NCBI GenBank assembly: GCA_027459785.1
Contig: DAIDGU010000087.1
Coordinates: 12,707 to 76,706 of the forward strand
Source: Ktedonobacteria bacterium
Lineage (GTDB): Bacteria; Chloroflexota; Ktedonobacteria; Ktedonobacterales; JACDGC01
DNA length: 64,000 nucleotides
Direction of reading: 5' to 3'
In this document: in pieces, positions 55,714 to 64,000 of the stretch
Position numbering within the stretch: position 1 is the first letter of the stretch
Layout of the letters: the number at the start of each line of letters is the position of its first letter
Made by a program: the position numbers and the translations under genes
The notes under the pieces: generated by a model
What the model was told of the DNA's origin: nothing
Database searches by the model: none
What the model saw: only the letters and a program-made list of their open reading frames with translations

Positions 55714-56343
55714 ATGCTTTTTTCACGATGGAGGCGAAAGAGGATGACACACGAACCGAAGACCACAGCCTTTGCGCGGCCAGCACTTCACCATTTCAAT
55801 CTGAAGACGCTGCGGTTGCAAGAGATGATTGACTGGTACGCAACAGTCCTGGGGATGGAAACGCAGCATCAGTTTCCTGGCGGAGCCTGGCTGACCAATG
55901 ATGCCGCCAACCATCGCCTCGCGTTGTTGGTCTCACCTCTCTTGAGCGATGATCACGACAAGATTATGCATACGGGTTTTCATCATAGCGCCTTCGAGTA
56001 CGCCTCGCTGGACGATCTGCTCGATACCTACACACGCCTCAAGGCGCTCGGCATTGAGCCGCACGCCTGCCTCGACCATGGCATCACCTGCTCCATGTAT
56101 TATGCCGACCCTGATGGCAACAGTGTCGAACTGCAAGCGGACATGTTTGGCGACTGGCAAAAATCAGGCGAGTGGATCCGCACATCGCCGCTTTTCGCCG
56201 CCAATCCCATCGGGTCACCCTTTGATCCTGACCAAATGGTGGCCGCGCGCACGGCTGGCGCTTCCTGGCAAGAATTGCATCGGCGCGCTTACGAGGGCGA
56301 ATTCCTGCCCCCAACCGAACAAGATTTGCATTTCCCCGTGTAA
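55714..56343 (+). CDS. VOC-superfamily protein (glyoxalase / extradiol dioxygenase-like)
   Basis: 'LHHFNLKTLRLQEMIDWY', 'GFHHSAFEY', 'YYADPDGNSVELQ'; AAGGAGAG before ATG. Confidence 0.8.
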   Translation: MLFSRWRRKRMTHEPKTTAFARPALHHFNLKTLRLQEMIDWYATVLGMETQHQFPGGAWLTNDAANHRLALLVSPLLSDDHDKIMHTGFHHSAFEYASLDDLLDTYTRLKALGIEPHACLDHGITCSMYYADPDGNSVELQADMFGDWQKSGEWIRTSPLFAANPIGSPFDPDQMVAARTAGASWQELHRRAYEGEFLPPTEQDLHFPV

Positions 56344-56473
56344 GTGCGCACCGGATGATGCAAGCACCTAGTGGAAGGCTCCCCGCACTGGGGTGTGGCA
56401 GAACACCTTCCAGGACATCCTGAAAAGGCTATCCACACCCCTTCTCCGCATCTTCCTTGCACGTGGAGGCGCT

Positions 56474-56824
56474 ATGCGCATGTTCGTTCTGCTCTCTCGT
56501 TTTCAGCAACCGTTTGAAGCGATCCAGCGCTTGCTCGTGGAACATAGCGCCTGGGTGCAATCGCACTATGATTCAGGGCGCTTTCTCGTTTCCGGGCGTC
56601 AGGAACCCCCGGTCGGCGGTGTTATCGTCGCGCGCGCCGAGAGCGAGCAGGAATTGCGGGAGATCCTGGCGCTGGACCCGCTACAACAGATGGGGCTGGC
56701 GGCGTATGACATCATCGCCTTCGAGGCCGCTGATTTCCCCAAACGGAGCCAGGCATTTGCTCTCTTTGCTAGCAAGCCGTTGCAAAAACCCCCAGCCACA
56801 AAGAACCCGCAGACACGCGGATAG
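56474..56824 (+). CDS. YciI-like protein
   Basis: Within ORF 56393..56824; 'HSAWVQSHYDSGRFLVSGRQ', 'ESEQELREILALDP' YciI-like pattern; TGGAGG before ATG 56474. Confidence 0.65.
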   Translation: MRMFVLLSRFQQPFEAIQRLLVEHSAWVQSHYDSGRFLVSGRQEPPVGGVIVARAESEQELREILALDPLQQMGLAAYDIIAFEAADFPKRSQAFALFASKPLQKPPATKNPQTRG

Positions 56825-56862
56825 GTCACACGGCACATGCACCGCAGCGCAGTTTCTGGCAG

Positions 56863-57264
56863 GTGCAGCACTGGATTATAAGGAACCGAACGATGGTACA
56901 ATTCATCCTCCACGTCATCATTCGCGTGCTGCTCGCTGGCATCTTTGTATATGGTGGTTGGGGAGCTATGACCAAACCAGGCGGTCGCCCGCAAAAGGTC
57001 GCCGCTGCGCACATCCCGTTTGCAAAGCTGGCGGTGATCCTGAACGGCGGTCTGATGGTCGTTGCCGGTCTGCTCCTCGCCATCGGCTTCTTCCCCAGAG
57101 TGGCCGCCGCTGCACTGGTTGTCAGCATGATCCCAACGACCCTGGTGGGCCATCCATTTTGGCACGAAACATCAGGATCAGCACGTGATCAACAGGCGAT
57201 CCAGTTCCTCAAAAACCTTGGCTTGATTGGTGGTCTGCTGCTAGTCGCAGTAGCAACGGTGTAA
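56863..57264 (+). CDS. DoxX-family membrane protein
   Basis: 'RVLLAGIFVYGGWGAM', 'GLLLAIGFFPRVAAAAL', 'FLKNLGLIGGLLLV'; 4 TM segments. Confidence 0.8.
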   Translation: MQHWIIRNRTMVQFILHVIIRVLLAGIFVYGGWGAMTKPGGRPQKVAAAHIPFAKLAVILNGGLMVVAGLLLAIGFFPRVAAAALVVSMIPTTLVGHPFWHETSGSARDQQAIQFLKNLGLIGGLLLVAVATV

Positions 57265-57339
57265 CAACACGTTGCGCGTTAGTGGTGCCTTGCCACAATC
57301 CATCCCCCCTTTGAGCAGCATCCGGCAACGAGGTCGCTG

Positions 57340-58323
57340 ATGAACATTATCACCCTGGAAGAACACTTTCAGTTTCCAGAGATCCAGCGCGTGGTGGCCA
57401 AATATCTCCCTGACCAGCCTGCGTTTCACCAGGCCGCCTATGATCCCCCCCTCGCGCAGTTGGAAGATCTGGGGGAAGGACGCATCCAGCGGATGGATGC
57501 GATGGGCATTGACGTTCAGGTGCTCTCCAATACCTCTGCCCGTCTTCCCGCGCTGCCTGCCGCCGAAGCCGTGCCACTGGCCAGAGAGATGAATGACCGG
57601 CTGGCGGCGGCGATTGCCGTGCATCCCGACCGTTTCGCCGGATTTGCGGCGTTGCCGACCCCTGACCCCGAAGCCGCCGCAGACGAACTCGAACGCGCGG
57701 TTCGCACGCTGGGGCTGAAGGGCGCGCTCATTGCTGGCCGAACCAATGGCCGTTTTCTGGACGATCCGGCGTTTCGCCCCATTCTTGCCGCCGCAGAGGC
57801 GCTGAACGTTCCCCTCTACCTGCATCCGGCGGTGCCACCTCAAGCTGTGGTGGATGCCTGTTATGCGGATCTCGATCCGGCGATCAGCCTGAGCTTTGCG
57901 ACGGCTGGCTGGAGCTGGCACCTCGAAACCGGCATCCACGCGCTCCACATGATCCTGGCCGGGGTGTTTGATCGCTATCCTGGTTTACAACTCATTCTGG
58001 GCCACTGGGGCGAAATGATCCCGTTCTACCTGGCGCGCTTTGATGAAGCATTGCGTCCTGTCACGAAACACCTGCAACGACCCGTCGCAGACTACTTCTT
58101 GCAGCAGATGTATGTCACCCCCAGCGGGATGTTTACCCTGCCACCGTTCATCCTGACACATCAAATCATGGGGGCCGAGCGCATCATGTACTCGGTTGAT
58201 TATCCCTACATTCAAACGGAACACGCCAGGGCGTTCCTGGAGCAGGCACCCATCAGCCCAGCAGACCGAACGAAAATCGCGCATCAGAATGCCGAACTGG
58301 TGCTCAAACTGGCACCCAGGTGA
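57340..58323 (+). CDS. Amidohydrolase_2 (ACMSD-like decarboxylase/hydrolase) family protein
   Basis: 'IITLEEHF', 'HPAVPP', 'LILGHWGE', 'MYSVDYPY' motifs typical of this family. Confidence 0.8.
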   Translation: MNIITLEEHFQFPEIQRVVAKYLPDQPAFHQAAYDPPLAQLEDLGEGRIQRMDAMGIDVQVLSNTSARLPALPAAEAVPLAREMNDRLAAAIAVHPDRFAGFAALPTPDPEAAADELERAVRTLGLKGALIAGRTNGRFLDDPAFRPILAAAEALNVPLYLHPAVPPQAVVDACYADLDPAISLSFATAGWSWHLETGIHALHMILAGVFDRYPGLQLILGHWGEMIPFYLARFDEALRPVTKHLQRPVADYFLQQMYVTPSGMFTLPPFILTHQIMGAERIMYSVDYPYIQTEHARAFLEQAPISPADRTKIAHQNAELVLKLAPR

Positions 58324-58365
58324 TGGCAAGCACACCATCTTGCAACGAGGCAGGGGTGAAACATC

Positions 58366-59997
58366 ATGATTGATACGACCGCTGACTACGGCGACGCGAT
58401 TCCCCCGCAGACGCAGGTGCTCATCGCCGGCGGCGGCCCAGTTGGGCTGAGTGCCGCGGTCGAACTGGGGCGGCGCGGCGTCCACTGCCTGATCGTCGAG
58501 CCACGGCAAAGCGTTGACCGGCTGCGGCCACGGGCGAAAACCACGAATGCCCGCACGATGGAACACTTTCGCCGCTGGGGGCTGGCTGAACGTCTCCGCG
58601 CGGCGGCTCCCCTCAAGGTCGCGTGGTCGCAGGATATCGTCTATTGCACAACCCTGCTGGGTGAGGAAGTGATGCGTTTCACCGACTCCTTGGGGCTGTT
58701 TCCCCAACGTACCGACCTGGTGGCGGAAGCGGGGCAACAGATCCCCCAACCCCTGGTCGAGGAGGTGTTGCGCGAGGCAGTCGCTGATCTGGCGACATGT
58801 CAGTTCGCTCTGGGCTGGTCACTGCACACCCTGCAACAGCATGGCGACGCGGTTCTCGCCACCCTCGTCAATGCGCAGGGAGAGCAACGGACAGTTGCGG
58901 CGGCCTACGTCGTGGGTGGTGACGGGTCCCGTAGCGTCGTTCGCGCGATCAGCGGGATGCACTATGAAGGGACATCGGATGGGCGTCCAAACCTCGGCAT
59001 CGTCTTTCGCGCCCCTGGCTTGGCCGAGCGACAGCCCCACGGCCCCGCTGTCCAATATTGGGTGCTCAATCCCGCCTGTCCCGGACTCCTGGGCCGCATG
59101 GATCTCAGCGATCAGTGGTGGGCCATCGTCAATGGTGTGTCGCTCGATGAGGGCCAGGCGAACCCCGTGGCCCTCATACGGGGTCTCGTTGGGGCCGAGA
59201 TCGATGCCGAGGTACTGGGTACCGATCCCTGGACCGCGCGCATGTTGTTAGCGGATCACTACCGCAACGGGCGCATCTTTCTGGCGGGCGACGCCGCACA
59301 TCTGAATCCGCCCTGGGGAGGACATGGCTTTAACACGGGGATCGGTGATGCCGTGAATCTCGGCTGGAAGCTTGCGGCGGTGCTCCACGGCTGGGGGGGT
59401 GAACGTTTGCTCGCCAGCTATGAAGTCGAACGACGCCCTGTTGCCGAGCGCACCATCCGGGAGGCGGCGGCGAATATGCGTGTGCTGGCCCCCGAACTCA
59501 GCAGCGCCGATCTGCAAGTGGCCGGACCAATCGGCGCGCAGGCGCGACGTGCCGCTGCCGCGACCATCCGCGTCGCCAAAGACCGCGAGTTCCACAGTTT
59601 GGGTCTGGTGCTGGGCTACCAGTACGAGGACTCACCGGTGATCGTGGGGGATGGCACTCCTCCGATGCCCGAAGGGCAGGACTACGTGCCGACGGCGCGA
59701 CCGGGCGCGCGGCTACCGCACCGCTGGCTGCCCGATGGTACGTCGCTCTATGATCGCCTGGGGAACGGCTGGTCACTTCTGCGGCTCAGCGACGACGCCG
59801 ATGGGATTGCCTTCAGCTCTGCCGCTGCCGCGTGTGGGATGCCACTCACGGTCATCGAGCTGCACGACCCAACCCTCATTCCTACCTATGGTGCGCCTCT
59901 GCTGCTGGTACGGCCCGATCAGCATGTCGCCTGGCGTGGCACGACCGTGGGGCGACTCACGGCGGAAACCATTCTTGACCGTGTCCGTGGCGCATGA
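58366..59997 (+). CDS. FAD-dependent aromatic-ring monooxygenase (PheA/TfdB-like)
   Basis: 'VLIAGGGPVGLSAAVEL' (GxGxxG), 'GGDGSRSVVR' (DG motif), 'FLAGDAAHLNPPWGGHGFNTGIGDA'. Confidence 0.9.
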   Translation: MIDTTADYGDAIPPQTQVLIAGGGPVGLSAAVELGRRGVHCLIVEPRQSVDRLRPRAKTTNARTMEHFRRWGLAERLRAAAPLKVAWSQDIVYCTTLLGEEVMRFTDSLGLFPQRTDLVAEAGQQIPQPLVEEVLREAVADLATCQFALGWSLHTLQQHGDAVLATLVNAQGEQRTVAAAYVVGGDGSRSVVRAISGMHYEGTSDGRPNLGIVFRAPGLAERQPHGPAVQYWVLNPACPGLLGRMDLSDQWWAIVNGVSLDEGQANPVALIRGLVGAEIDAEVLGTDPWTARMLLADHYRNGRIFLAGDAAHLNPPWGGHGFNTGIGDAVNLGWKLAAVLHGWGGERLLASYEVERRPVAERTIREAAANMRVLAPELSSADLQVAGPIGAQARRAAAATIRVAKDREFHSLGLVLGYQYEDSPVIVGDGTPPMPEGQDYVPTARPGARLPHRWLPDGTSLYDRLGNGWSLLRLSDDADGIAFSSAAAACGMPLTVIELHDPTLIPTYGAPLLLVRPDQHVAWRGTTVGRLTAETILDRVRGA

Positions 59998-61040
59998 GCG
60001 CCACGATGCGCTTACGTTCCTCGCAAGGAACCATTCAGCTAGTGCAGACTGGAGCGACACCGATGAAACTACCCTGGCAACGGCGCAGCCAACCAATGAC
60101 GGAATCGCCGATGAAGACTGGTAACCCGACGATGACCGTCGGAACAAATGACACGAGCTTCACCCACACCGTCATAGGAGCAGGCGCGGCGCACGGCATG
60201 ACGCTGACCGGCAAAAGACGCCTGCTCGCAGGGCCACCTGCCACTAAAGATGTGCCCCTCATCATTGCCCTCCATGGGGGTACCTACTCATCGACGTACT
60301 TTGACATCCCCGGCTATTCCTTGCTGGACCGTGCCGCGGCGGCAGGCATTCCCATCATCGCGCTCGACCGCCCCGGCTATGTCGGGAGCACGCCGCTGGC
60401 CCCGGAGGATGCGACCATCTTGAAGAATGCCGCCGTCCTCGATCAGGCGATTGGCGAGCTATGGCAGGCTACTGGCACAGGGACAGCAGGCGTGGTGCTC
60501 ATCGGTCACTCGATTGGGGGGGCAATTGTGACCGCGATAGCGGCGAACCACCCCACGTGGCCCCTGCTGGGTATGGCCATCTCTGGATGTTTGCTGAAAG
60601 TCCCCACCGACTCACGCGAGCAGTGGCGCGCGTTGCCGAACATTCCGATGATTGACCTGCCCGTGGGCATGAAAGACCAGGTCATGTTCGGACCGGCAGG
60701 ATCCTATGATGACGGCATGCCCGCGCGCAGTCACCCGGCGAATACGCTGGTTCCTCGTGCCGAATTGATTGACATCACCACGACATGGATCGAACAGGTA
60801 CGCTCGGTCGCGGCCCAGGTGCGCGTGCCAGTCTATAGCCGCCAGGGGCAGTTTGATCACCTGTGGATCACTGACGCGCAGCAGGTGAGCGAGTTCGGTG
60901 CGGCATTTACCGCTTCGCCCTGGGTAGACGCCCAACTAACGCCGTTCGCCGGACACTGCATCGATTTCCACCGTCAGGGCGCGGGATTCCAACTGGGGCA
61001 GGTGGCCTTCGCCTTGCAGTGCGGTGTCAAAGCGACCTAG
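59994..61040 (+). CDS. Alpha/beta-hydrolase-fold protein
   Basis: 'LIIALHGG', nucleophile elbow 'IGHSIGG', C-terminal 'AGHCIDFH'; ATGA overlap with monooxygenase stop (later Met starts possible). Confidence 0.75.
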   Translation: MSATMRLRSSQGTIQLVQTGATPMKLPWQRRSQPMTESPMKTGNPTMTVGTNDTSFTHTVIGAGAAHGMTLTGKRRLLAGPPATKDVPLIIALHGGTYSSTYFDIPGYSLLDRAAAAGIPIIALDRPGYVGSTPLAPEDATILKNAAVLDQAIGELWQATGTGTAGVVLIGHSIGGAIVTAIAANHPTWPLLGMAISGCLLKVPTDSREQWRALPNIPMIDLPVGMKDQVMFGPAGSYDDGMPARSHPANTLVPRAELIDITTTWIEQVRSVAAQVRVPVYSRQGQFDHLWITDAQQVSEFGAAFTASPWVDAQLTPFAGHCIDFHRQGAGFQLGQVAFALQCGVKAT

Positions 61041-61463
61041 TGCGTCTTCCTCTACTGGCAGAGAACGACTCGCAAGAGCATCGCTCTCTGCTACGGGGTG
61101 AGGTGCCGTCATTAGCACCTTGCTGCCCGCCCGCAATGGTGAATCTGGATTCCCTCCCCACGGCTCGGAGCCAGGGGAATCCCTCACAAGAGAGCGGTTC
61201 CTGGCTCACTCAGGGAACGTGCCTGGGCCTCTAGCGGTTCCCTGTTCCCAGGCGACTGAGAGCCGCAGCTCGTCCGTTCCCTCCTGTCCAGCGGCACAGT
61301 ATCTTTTGCCGCTTGAAAACAAAGGCAATGGCGAGCACTGCTCAGGCTCATTGCCACTGGCTGCGTACCATACGGAATGGTACGTCGTCAACGCTTGGCA
61401 GCCGCTTTCGCAACCAAGCTTACTTCCCCCTTCCAGCTAGTGGGAAGCAAGCGCGGTTATGTA

Positions 61464-61603
61464 ATACGCTTTGCGGGTGATCCGTATAGATAACGGAGGA
61501 CAGACCTTCCTGTCTGTCCGGTCCCAACCGGTCCCAATAACCACCGTCTTTGCCCGCAAGGGGGGATAAGATCCGAGGGGTATGTTGGTTTCATGCCCTC
61601 ATC
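61464..61603. repeat. F2 element copy (61464-61564) followed by the inverted copy of the 52255 module (61563-61603)
   Basis: ATACGCTTTGCGGGTGATCCGTATAGATAACGGAGGACAGACCTTCCTGTCTGTCCGGTCCC...; see 8690 and 52255. Confidence 0.75.
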
Positions 61604-61639
61604 TTACTCGCTTCGTCTCCCCCTTGTCAGACACGCTCC

Positions 61640-61751
61640 TAGGGCTGTCGCCACAAAGTCCACCTGCGTGGACTTGAGTTAGTCCGCGACGGCGGATTTC
61701 GTCGCCGGAGGCGCTTAATCCCGCAAATTGGTTTCAATCCATACCGCCCGC
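61640..61751. repeat. F3 repeat copy
   Basis: AAGTCCACCTGCGTGGACTT hairpin (61656-61675), AGTCCGCGACGGCGGAT hairpin, ...GGTTTCAATCCATACCGCCCGC. Confidence 0.7.
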
Positions 61752-61808
61752 TGTCTGTGGCCGTAATGGCACGCACCCGCTCCTTGCATCAATCTTCCCC
61801 ATCGCCAT

Positions 61809-61907
61809 CTTCGCGTCCTTCGTGTCACATCCCCTATTCGTGTCCTTCGTGAAGATTTCGTGGCCTTCGTGTTCCCGTCTTTACCCCTCCCGTCCTTACC
61901 CCTCCCT
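61809..61907. repeat. F4-type heptad run (CTTCGTG, 5 copies; single arm only) plus tandem CCGTCTTTACCCCTCC, 2 copies
   Basis: CTTCGCGTCCTTCGTGTCAC...TTCGTGTCCTTCGTGAAGATTTCGTGGCCTTCGTGTTCCCGTC. Confidence 0.7.
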
Positions 61908-62200
61908 TTCTTGTACATCAATTTCGGGGATTTGCCCCCGAAAACCGGATTTCCAGCTAGCATTTTTGCCGTAAGTAGTGTATAATGGCTCCAAGAGTGA
62001 AGCCATTTCACTCGCCGCGTATACGGTGGCCTGGTCGAGGTTATTGTCTTCCCTCTGCTTGGGTAGCAGCTCTCATCAGTTATCCCCCCGTCGCGTTACA
62101 TCCCGCCTGTCCACCAGGCATTATCGAGGGCGTAGACCATCCAAGTTTCGGGAATGGCGATCCGCCGACAGAAAGGTTCACACACACCTTGGCTACTGAC

Positions 62201-62503
62201 ATGACCCTGCGTTGCCGCGACTGCGGCAATGACTTCCTCTTCACCGTGGGCGAGCAAGAATTCTTCGCCAGCCGCGGCCTCACCAACAACCCCTCCCGCT
62301 GCCCCGAATGCCGCGCCGCGCGCAAACAGCAGCAGTCCGGTGGCGGCTATGGTGATTCCCGCTCCCGCCGCGAATTCTTCAGCGCCGTCTGCTCCAACTG
62401 TGGCCGTGAGGCCCGCGTGCCGTTCCAGCCGCGCGGCGACCGCCCGGTGTATTGCAGCGAGTGCTTCCAGCAGATCAATGCCGGCGGTTCCCCCCGCTAC
62501 TAG
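62201..62503 (+). CDS. Small double zinc-ribbon protein (two CxxC-x17-CxxC units)
   Basis: Within ORF 61985..62503; 'CRDCGNDFLFTVGEQEFFASRGLTNNPSRCPECR' and 'CSNCGREARVPFQPRGDRPVYCSECF'; start at ATG 62201 chosen because the conserved unit begins there. Confidence 0.7.
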   Translation: MTLRCRDCGNDFLFTVGEQEFFASRGLTNNPSRCPECRAARKQQQSGGGYGDSRSRREFFSAVCSNCGREARVPFQPRGDRPVYCSECFQQINAGGSPRY

Positions 62504-62553
62504 CTTGATCGCGCCCTCCGGCGCATATTGCAAACGCCCAAGCACGCTGAAAG

Positions 62554-62590
62554 GTGGGCCGCCTCAAGGTTAGAGGCGGCCCACTTGCGT
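62554..62590 (+). terminator. Candidate terminator hairpin after the zinc-ribbon gene
   Basis: Perfect 12-bp stem GTGGGCCGCCTC/GAGGCGGCCCAC with 7-nt loop, followed by TTGCGTT (weak U tract). Confidence 0.5.
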
Positions 62591-62640
62591 TAGAGCAACG
62601 TGCAGGAAGATTGAGCAAGATCGAACAAGCTCGCCGAACT

Positions 62641-62742
62641 CCAGTCCGCGCAGGCGGACTTTGTAGCCGTCAGGCTCTTAGGCGCGGTTTCAACCGCCCG
62701 CTCGTCCCTCAATGTGTTTCAACCGCCCGCGCACCCGCCCGC
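62641..62742. repeat. F3 repeat copy (reverse orientation)
   Basis: AGTCCGCGCAGGCGGACTTTGTAGCCGTCAGGCTCTTAGGCGCGGTTTCAACCGCCCGC plus a second GTTTCAACCGCCCGC. Confidence 0.75.
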
Positions 62743-62783
62743 ATGCTCAATGGCAGTACGATTTGCGTTATTCACGTAGATAC

Positions 62784-62812
62784 AAAAAAAGCGGAGGCGC
62801 GCTTGCGCCTCC
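62784..62812 (-). terminator. Rho-independent terminator of rplU-rpmA
   Basis: On the minus strand GGAGGCGC-AAGC-GCGCCTCC (8-bp GC stem) followed by a T7 run, 29 nt after the rpmA stop. Confidence 0.8.
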
Positions 62813-62840
62813 ATGATCGTGCATCGCGTGGTTCGTTAGG

Positions 62841-63128
62841 CTAGGCTTGCACGGGAGCGGGTTCGATGGCATCGACGGCGGGATAGACGCTGACGCGCTT
62901 CTTATCCTTGGTCTGCCATTCGAACTTCACCTTGCCCTCGATCTTGGCGAACAGCGTGTGGTCGCGGCCCATGCCGACGTTCGTGCCGGGCATGATGCGC
63001 GTGCCGCGCTGGCGCACGATGATCGTGCCGGCGTTGATCACCTGGCCGTCATAACGCTTGACGCCAAGCATTTTGGGCTTCGAGTCGCGGCCATTGCGCG
63101 AACTACCTACACCTTTTTTATGTGCCAT
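62841..63128 (-). CDS. rpmA: 50S ribosomal protein L27
   Basis: '[24 protein letters not shown]...[10 protein letters not shown]'. Confidence 0.97.
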   Translation of the reverse strand: MAHKKGVGSSRNGRDSKPKMLGVKRYDGQVINAGTIIVRQRGTRIMPGTNVGMGRDHTLFAKIEGKVKFEWQTKDKKRVSVYPAVDAIEPAPVQA

Positions 63129-63143
63129 GAGCGGTTCTCTCCC

Positions 63144-63530
63144 TTATGCCGTCGTCTCTACGGTGGCTTCCTCATCGGGTTCAGCGACCGCCTTTGCCTC
63201 AGCCCTATAGCTGGTGCCGTTGACAACGACCTCATCGATCGTCAGATACGTGTAGTTTTGGCGGTGGCCGGTCTTACGGCGATAGCGCTTCTTGGACCGA
63301 TACTTGAAGACGATAATCTTCTTGCCACGCCCTTGCCGCGCGACGGTGGTCTTCACGACCGCGCCCGCGACCAGTGGCGCACCCACCAGCGTCTCGCTAT
63401 CGGTGGCGATCAGCAATACCTGATCGAGATCCACAGCGGTGCCGGGGACGAAGGGCAGCAATTCCACTTCGAGCGTATCGCCGGGATGCACGGTATATTG
63501 CTTGCCACCCGTTTGAATGACTGCAAACAT
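63144..63530 (-). CDS. rplU: 50S ribosomal protein L21 (with acidic C-terminal extension)
   Basis: Within ORF 63144..63542; 'MFAVIQTGGKQY', 'KIIVFKYRSKKRYRRKTGHRQ'. Confidence 0.95.
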   Translation of the reverse strand: MFAVIQTGGKQYTVHPGDTLEVELLPFVPGTAVDLDQVLLIATDSETLVGAPLVAGAVVKTTVARQGRGKKIIVFKYRSKKRYRRKTGHRQNYTYLTIDEVVVNGTSYRAEAKAVAEPDEEATVETTA

Positions 63531-63606
63531 TGTGTGATTCACTCCATGCGCGCCTGCCCAGCGGCTACCGCGCCATTCGTTCTGCTATCGGGAATAGTCG
63601 CCCCTC

Positions 63607-63635
63607 ATCATAGCATGCCCTTTGCGCGCTGTCAA
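63607..63635 (-). promoter_or_regulatory. Candidate sigma-70 promoter for rplU-rpmA
   Basis: Minus strand TTGACA (63635-63630), 17 nt spacer, TATGAT (63612-63607), about 77 nt upstream of the rplU ATG. Confidence 0.6.
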
Positions 63636-63912
63636 GCATGATGGGATTTTCGGGTCTAGCAAAAAGTTGTCTGGGAACAATCCCTTTGCCCAAGCCAGCG
63701 CGGTGTTAGCCACCTTCTTATCATCCCAAGGTCGCCTGACAACGCTTTCCTACACCACCCCCTAAGCAGGGTGAGCGAGATACACAGGATAGGCAGGGCG
63801 CGGGATAGCCAGAAGGGTCGCTACCGCAACGCAGCGGGAGGGCCAGAATGATATACTATTATATGCAACCGCCCGCGTCCGCACTGGCGGCCCTAGCAAC
63901 GAGGATTTCAAT

Positions 63913-64000
63913 CATGAGCAGCATCCAGATTCTACCAGCCGATGTCGCGGCGAAGATCGCGGCGGGCGAGGTCGTAGAGCGACCGGCTTCCATCGTGAAA
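63913..64000 (+). CDS. mutL: DNA mismatch repair protein MutL, N-terminal 29 codons (continues past window end)
   Basis: Hand translation 'MSSIQILPADVAAKIAAGEVVERPASIVK' is the canonical MutL N-terminus (IAAGEVVERP). Confidence 0.85.

Noticed and set aside
61120-61440. 106-aa ORF in the orphan spacer
   Set aside because: It has no RBS, a Ser/Pro/Leu-rich composition without motifs, and it overlaps the hairpin-rich region. I treated the region as non-coding (see findings).
1-64000. Scan for rRNA, tRNA, tmRNA, RNase P and SRP RNA signatures
   Set aside because: I did not see the conserved cores I know (for example GGTTCGAATCC T-loops in a cloverleaf context, or the GAGGAAAGTCC motif of RNase P RNA). 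By-eye scanning is weak, so tRNAscan-SE and cmscan should confirm.

Overview
GC-rich bacterial chromosomal window (G+C judged by eye, not computed). Intergenic spacers are packed with hairpin and MITE-like repeat families of a kind I associate with Chloroflexota-type genomes; that taxonomic guess is inference only. I support about 60 protein genes and found no rRNA, tRNA or CRISPR. Main blocks, in order: (1) P450 fragment, then convergent PIN and HTH genes. (2) A cebR/cebEFG/bglC-like beta-glucoside locus whose binding-protein gene has an in-frame TAG. (3) A signalling stretch at 10.8-21.1 kb: TerY-type vWA, vWA-like/PP2C fusion, Zn-ribbon kinase, membrane Ser/Thr kinase, a standalone TnpB element, then Roadblock, MglA-like GTPase, DUF4388 and a tandem-hotdog thioesterase. 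(4) MMPL transporter and an ECF sigma/anti-sigma pair. (5) Housekeeping genes, including an MshC-like cysteine ligase and an ArsR-HTH::inositol-1-phosphate synthase fusion ORF. (6) An eight-gene pentose-phosphate cluster (tkt-rpiB-tal/pgi-gnd-zwf-opcA-pgl-rpe) separated by long heptad palindromes. (7) A visibly lower-GC aromatic-catabolism-like cluster. (8) rplU-rpmA and the start of mutL. The best candidate for an undescribed system is the vWA/PP2C/kinase plus Roadblock/MglA/DUF4388 neighbourhood. The fusion ORF and the intercistronic palindromes are the next most interesting. All functional calls rest on motifs read from the ORF translations; no database search was run.
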